From assembly GCA_041649315.1 (NCBI GenBank), contig JBAZNJ010000004.1:25060-89059 (forward strand): a stretch of DNA of 64,000 nucleotides, written 5' to 3'. The stretch's first letter is position 1, and every line of letters begins with the position of its first letter. The notes under the pieces are model-generated. The model made no database searches. It had not been told where the DNA came from and saw only the letters and a list, made by a program, of their open reading frames with translations. Source of the stretch: Patescibacteria group bacterium. Lineage in GTDB: Bacteria; Patescibacteriota; Patescibacteriia; Patescibacteriales; UBA12465. The position numbers and the translations under genes are program-made. Shown here in pieces: positions 61,452 to 64,000 of the stretch.

Positions 61452-61730
61452 ATGCTAAAAATATTCAAAAGGAGACGGCATGAAATAAATGAAAGTAATC
61501 AATTTCAACATCTTCCGGGGGTATATTATTCTAAAGAATTATCGGATAAAGATAAAAATTTTATTAAATCAATGAATGGCTATAATAATTCTGCCCAAAC
61601 GCCAATGCTCGTTGATAAAATATGCGTTTTAACAAATGAAATAAAGAATTTAAATACAGCCACGACAATATTTTCAACCGCTCTCGTTATTTTTGCAATA
61701 ATTCAAATCATAATATCACTTAATAATTAA
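61452..61730 (+). CDS. Small protein with C-terminal TM helix (92 aa)
   Basis: Starts 13 nt after the 939-aa gene. The C-terminal TM helix is TTIFSTALVIFAIIQIIISL. Confidence 0.45.
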   Translation: MLKIFKRRRHEINESNQFQHLPGVYYSKELSDKDKNFIKSMNGYNNSAQTPMLVDKICVLTNEIKNLNTATTIFSTALVIFAIIQIIISLNN

Positions 61731-61740
61731 TATACGTTAT

Positions 61741-62163
61741 ATGTCTAAAAAACAAATTATTCAACTTGTGGTTCTGACATTTTTTCTTTATTTAGGGGTT
61801 TTCTTTATGAAGGATAGTGAATATTTTGAGTACTATGATATTTATGGACTAATGACTTTAATAATTTTGTCTGGCTCATATGTTGTATATAGTAAACAAG
61901 ACAATAAATTTACCGAATATTTTAGAATATTTTTATATGCAATTTTAGCAGTTTTAATTTATATATTTTTAGATAACAACGTTTTCTTTTCTTCGTATCA
62001 TTTTTATACCGAAGTGATGAGCTACAAACCGCTGGAAGCTTTATATATAATATTTACTGGTTTTGATTTTATTTATGTATTAATGATTTCTGCTTTGTTA
62101 TTATTTAATAAACCTAAAAAATATAAGGAATTTAAGTTAGGTTTTTTTACTATTAAAATATAA
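61741..62163 (+). CDS. Small polytopic membrane protein (140 aa, ~4 TM)
   Basis: Starts 11 nt after the preceding ORF. The hydrophobic segments are IIQLVVLTFFLYLGVFF, GLMTLIILSGSYVVY, IFLYAILAVLIYIFL and YIIFTGFDFIYVLMISALLLF. Confidence 0.5.
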   Translation: MSKKQIIQLVVLTFFLYLGVFFMKDSEYFEYYDIYGLMTLIILSGSYVVYSKQDNKFTEYFRIFLYAILAVLIYIFLDNNVFFSSYHFYTEVMSYKPLEALYIIFTGFDFIYVLMISALLLFNKPKKYKEFKLGFFTIKI

Positions 62164-62202
62164 ATATTTTAAATAATTAGTTTTTATAAATTATCTAAAA
62201 AT

Positions 62203-62234
62203 AAAAATACCGCCCTCGACCTAGGCGGTATTTT
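62203..62234 (+). terminator. Rho-independent terminator after the orphan block
   Basis: Stem aataccgcc / ggcggtatt with a 9-nt loop, followed by a T-rich run. Confidence 0.7.
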
Positions 62235-62312
62235 ATTAAAAAATTCTAAATTATCTTGCCCTGTATTGCTCGCATTTCTGCGATTGTGACCAACAAAATA
62301 ATAAAGAATAAT

Positions 62313-62513
62313 TTATCGTCTGTGTTGAATTTGTTCTATTCGGTTTTCTTCTAAATACTTAATAATGTCTTTCTCGGAAAAACGTAGAACCCCATTTATT
62401 TTGTAGAAAGGAATCTTTCTGCCCTCTACGATTCTATAGGCAGTAGTTTGGGATATGTTGAATAGTTTGCTTAGATCCTTTATGGATAAAAGCTTTAAGT
62501 CATTTAAATCCAT
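62313..62513 (-). CDS. Excisionase-family (MerR-like) HTH DNA-binding protein (second copy, divergent)
   Basis: 66 aa. LLSIKDLSKLFNISQTTAYRIVEGRKIPFYKINGVLRFSEKDIIKYLEE shows the same family pattern as 44146..44328. Confidence 0.7.
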   Translation of the reverse strand: MDLNDLKLLSIKDLSKLFNISQTTAYRIVEGRKIPFYKINGVLRFSEKDIIKYLEENRIEQIQHRR

Positions 62514-62619
62514 ATTTTAATAATAAGTTAATATTCATATATTATATCTCAGTTTGCCTTTTATTTAAAATAGACTAATATAAAATAAAGCCCTTTATAG
62601 AGGGGGTAAAATATAATAA

Positions 62620-63063
62620 ATGCTCTCAATCGGCGATACATGTTCAATGCTTTTAATTCCGCTGTCATCTTCGGTGTCGTCTTTTGTTTGGCAGATAATT
62701 TATTTTTTGTGGTCATGGAACGGTTTTTGGATTCTGGTCGGTTTAGTCATTTGGACTGTCGTGGAGTTATTTACCCGGAATGGGAAATTTCATTATAATT
62801 CAGAAAACGGTTTTTCTCCTGCCTTTAATATATTTGTTGGCAGCGGACTGTATTGGGGGACACAATCCTTACTTCTTATCCTGTTGGAAAAATTGTTTGG
62901 TGAGTCGGTTTATTGTTTTGTCTGGCCATATCCAGTTCATTTGATTATCTTTGCTTCCACTGGTATTATTTTACATGTTACGGGTTTTTGGCCTTATCTT
63001 AAGGATCCAGGGGCCAAACGATCACACAAAAGAGGTAAACGTAGTCATAAACGAAGGATTTAA
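62620..63063 (+). CDS. Polytopic membrane protein with basic C-terminal tail (unknown function)
   Basis: 147 aa with about 4 TM helices. The C-terminus is KRSHKRGKRSHKRRI, a duplicated basic heptad. Confidence 0.5.
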   Translation: MLSIGDTCSMLLIPLSSSVSSFVWQIIYFLWSWNGFWILVGLVIWTVVELFTRNGKFHYNSENGFSPAFNIFVGSGLYWGTQSLLLILLEKLFGESVYCFVWPYPVHLIIFASTGIILHVTGFWPYLKDPGAKRSHKRGKRSHKRRI

Positions 63064-63336
63064 CATATTTATTAAAGTTACAACTATCTGTAACTTTATA
63101 CATCATACTTGTGTCACTTTTGTCACTTTTTAAGAAAAACAATAGCGCACGAGGATCTTATTTATTAAAGACTTAAAAAAGCACCGAAAAGCCTTGCTGG
63201 GCTTGCCGAAATTACGGTTCCAGCCCGAGGTAGCCCGCTAATAAAAATAAGGTCTATAGCCTTATTTTTTGTTATTTTAATATGTATTGACAATTAATTT
63301 AAAATGCAATACAATGCAAATATAATATATAATAAT

Positions 63337-63621
63337 ATGACTACTAAAAACAATGAACAGATTCAGATTAGAATTGATTCTAAAACTAAAAATGAAGCAA
63401 AAAAGATTTTGGATAGTTTGGGCATGGATATGAGCTCGGCTATAAAAATCTTTTTTCGCCAAGTCATAAATGCTAAAAATTTTCCTTGTGAGCTAAGAGG
63501 AGAAAATGGATTTACTTTACGGAACGCCGAGGTTTTACGTAAATCAATTATCGATGCAAAAAATAGCAACAAATCTTTTAATAAGGGATCGTTACTCATT
63601 AAAGATGCTTTGCATGATTGA
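63337..63621 (+). CDS. RelB/DinJ-family antitoxin
   Basis: The track ORF starts at 63304. The ATG at 63337 gives MTTKNNEQIQIRIDSKTKNEAKKILDSLGMDMSSAIKIFFRQV, the ribbon-helix-helix DinJ pattern. It ends 3 nt before the toxin gene. Confidence 0.75.
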   Translation: MTTKNNEQIQIRIDSKTKNEAKKILDSLGMDMSSAIKIFFRQVINAKNFPCELRGENGFTLRNAEVLRKSIIDAKNSNKSFNKGSLLIKDALHD

Positions 63622-63624
63622 TTT

Positions 63625-63897
63625 ATGTTCAGGCTAAAATATTCCAACCGTTTCAAGAAAGATCTAAGGCTTTATAAAAAGAATAGGGCAGTGCTTATTG
63701 AATTAGAGAAAGTTTTGGATATTTTGATTAAAGGAGGTAATTTACCCTTGAAAAACGCTAATCATCGTTTAGTTGGAGAATTTAAAGATTGTTTTGAGTG
63801 TCATATAAGGCCGGACATTCTTTTAATTTACAAAATAGAAAAATTAGAGATAACTATTTTATTGTTGAGAATCGGTTCACATTCAAAACTTTTTTAA
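63625..63897 (+). CDS. YafQ/RelE-family mRNA interferase toxin
   Basis: 90 aa. YSNRFKKDLRLYKK...L...PLKNANHRLVGEFKDCFECHIRPDILLIYKIE...LLLRIGSHSKLF matches the YafQ-type pattern. Confidence 0.75.
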   Translation: MFRLKYSNRFKKDLRLYKKNRAVLIELEKVLDILIKGGNLPLKNANHRLVGEFKDCFECHIRPDILLIYKIEKLEITILLLRIGSHSKLF

Positions 63898-63958
63898 GAA
63901 TAATATAATAGAGAATCAGTCCAGCTACATTTCACCCTCTCCGCCCGTAAAACAAAAT

Positions 63959-63977
63959 ACCCCAAAGGGGTGTTTTT
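63959..63977 (+). terminator. Short hairpin plus T-run downstream of the TA pair
   Basis: acccc-aaa-ggggt followed by gttttt. Confidence 0.4.
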
Positions 63978-64000
63978 AAAAAGTGATTTTTAAATGACAT

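Larger units (their letters stand above)
43968..64000. mobile_element. AT-rich genomic island (defence + phage-derived modules) abutting tRNA-Ser; right boundary not reached or not identified
   Basis: There is an abrupt compositional drop after the tRNA. Spot counts of single 60-nt lines gave 13-38% G+C inside the island versus 43-72% in lines from the pil, ligA and tail-fibre genes. The content is excisionase-type HTH x2, type I R-M, a Shedu-like gene, a serine recombinase, terminase genes, a ParB-methylase and a TA pair. Confidence 0.65.

Noticed and set aside
63190-63276. Possible small RNA or tRNA fragment (acggttccagcccgagg) upstream of a hairpin terminator at 63251-63276
   Set aside because: The stems around the ggttcc motif do not form a T-arm and no promoter is evident. 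Only the terminator-like hairpin is clear.
63930-63950. ccctctccgc near the window end as a possible attR copy of the tRNA-Ser 3' end (ccctctctctccgc)
   Set aside because: The match is only about 8-10 nt with an indel, in an AT-rich context with no T-loop homology. That is too short to distinguish from chance.
1-64000. Alternative genetic code (UGA recoding, as in some CPR lineages)
   Set aside because: Long conserved genes (pilB, ligA, gatA, hsdR) are uninterrupted under code 11. TGA terminates well-defined genes, for example the femAB-like gene at 8354-8356.

Overview
The window is a 64-kb chromosomal fragment that looks like a small-genome Patescibacteria/CPR-type bacterium. That assignment is inferred from gene content only, because there is no rRNA in the window. 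Standard code 11 fits: long ORFs are intact and TGA is used as a stop, for example at the femAB-like gene.

Layout:
(1) 1-12.9 kb: type IV pilus locus. It holds pilM, pilN-like, pilO-like, a small membrane ORF, pilB, pilC and a pilin. These are followed by a FemAB-family gene, an odd tRNA-like element and ybeY. A Cys-rich secreted protein and four minor pilins or pseudopilins complete the locus.
(2) 13-37 kb: accessory surface region dominated by four giant paralogous proteins of 759-1455 aa that resemble phage tail fibres. They carry GNVGIGTTxP repeats, adhesin-head-like beta-roll repeats and mosaic N- and C-termini. Interleaved with them are two AlbA_2/HATPase_c_4 regulator-like genes, two DUF4143 AAA+ ATPases, two tandem cupredoxins, a lipoprotein and a MITE-like inverted-repeat element.
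(3) 37.8-43.9 kb: an AbiEi/AbiEii module, ligA, gatC, gatA, a DsbA-fold protein lacking CxxC, and tRNA-Ser(GGA).
(4) 44-64 kb: a markedly AT-rich island starting right after tRNA-Ser. It contains an excisionase-type HTH gene, then a type I R-M operon (hsdM, embedded small Rx4H ORF, hsdS, hsdR). Next come a Shedu-like DUF4263 nuclease, a 70-aa ORF and a PD-(D/E)xK+DUF5655 protein. On the opposite strand lie a large serine recombinase, terL, a terS-like gene and a ParB-methyltransferase, with no virion structural genes. An orphan block follows (222-aa protein, 939-aa N-terminally membrane-anchored protein, two small membrane proteins). The island ends with a second excisionase-type HTH gene, a membrane protein and a RelB/YafQ pair.

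No CRISPR array, rRNA or reverse transcriptase was seen.

The most promising unexplained loci are:
- the orphan block at 57.8-62.2 kb;
- the small Rx4H ORF wedged between hsdM and hsdS;
- the terminase/recombinase module without structural genes;
- the mosaic tail-fibre-like family next to the pilus genes.

All functional calls come from motif recognition by eye. No database search was run.
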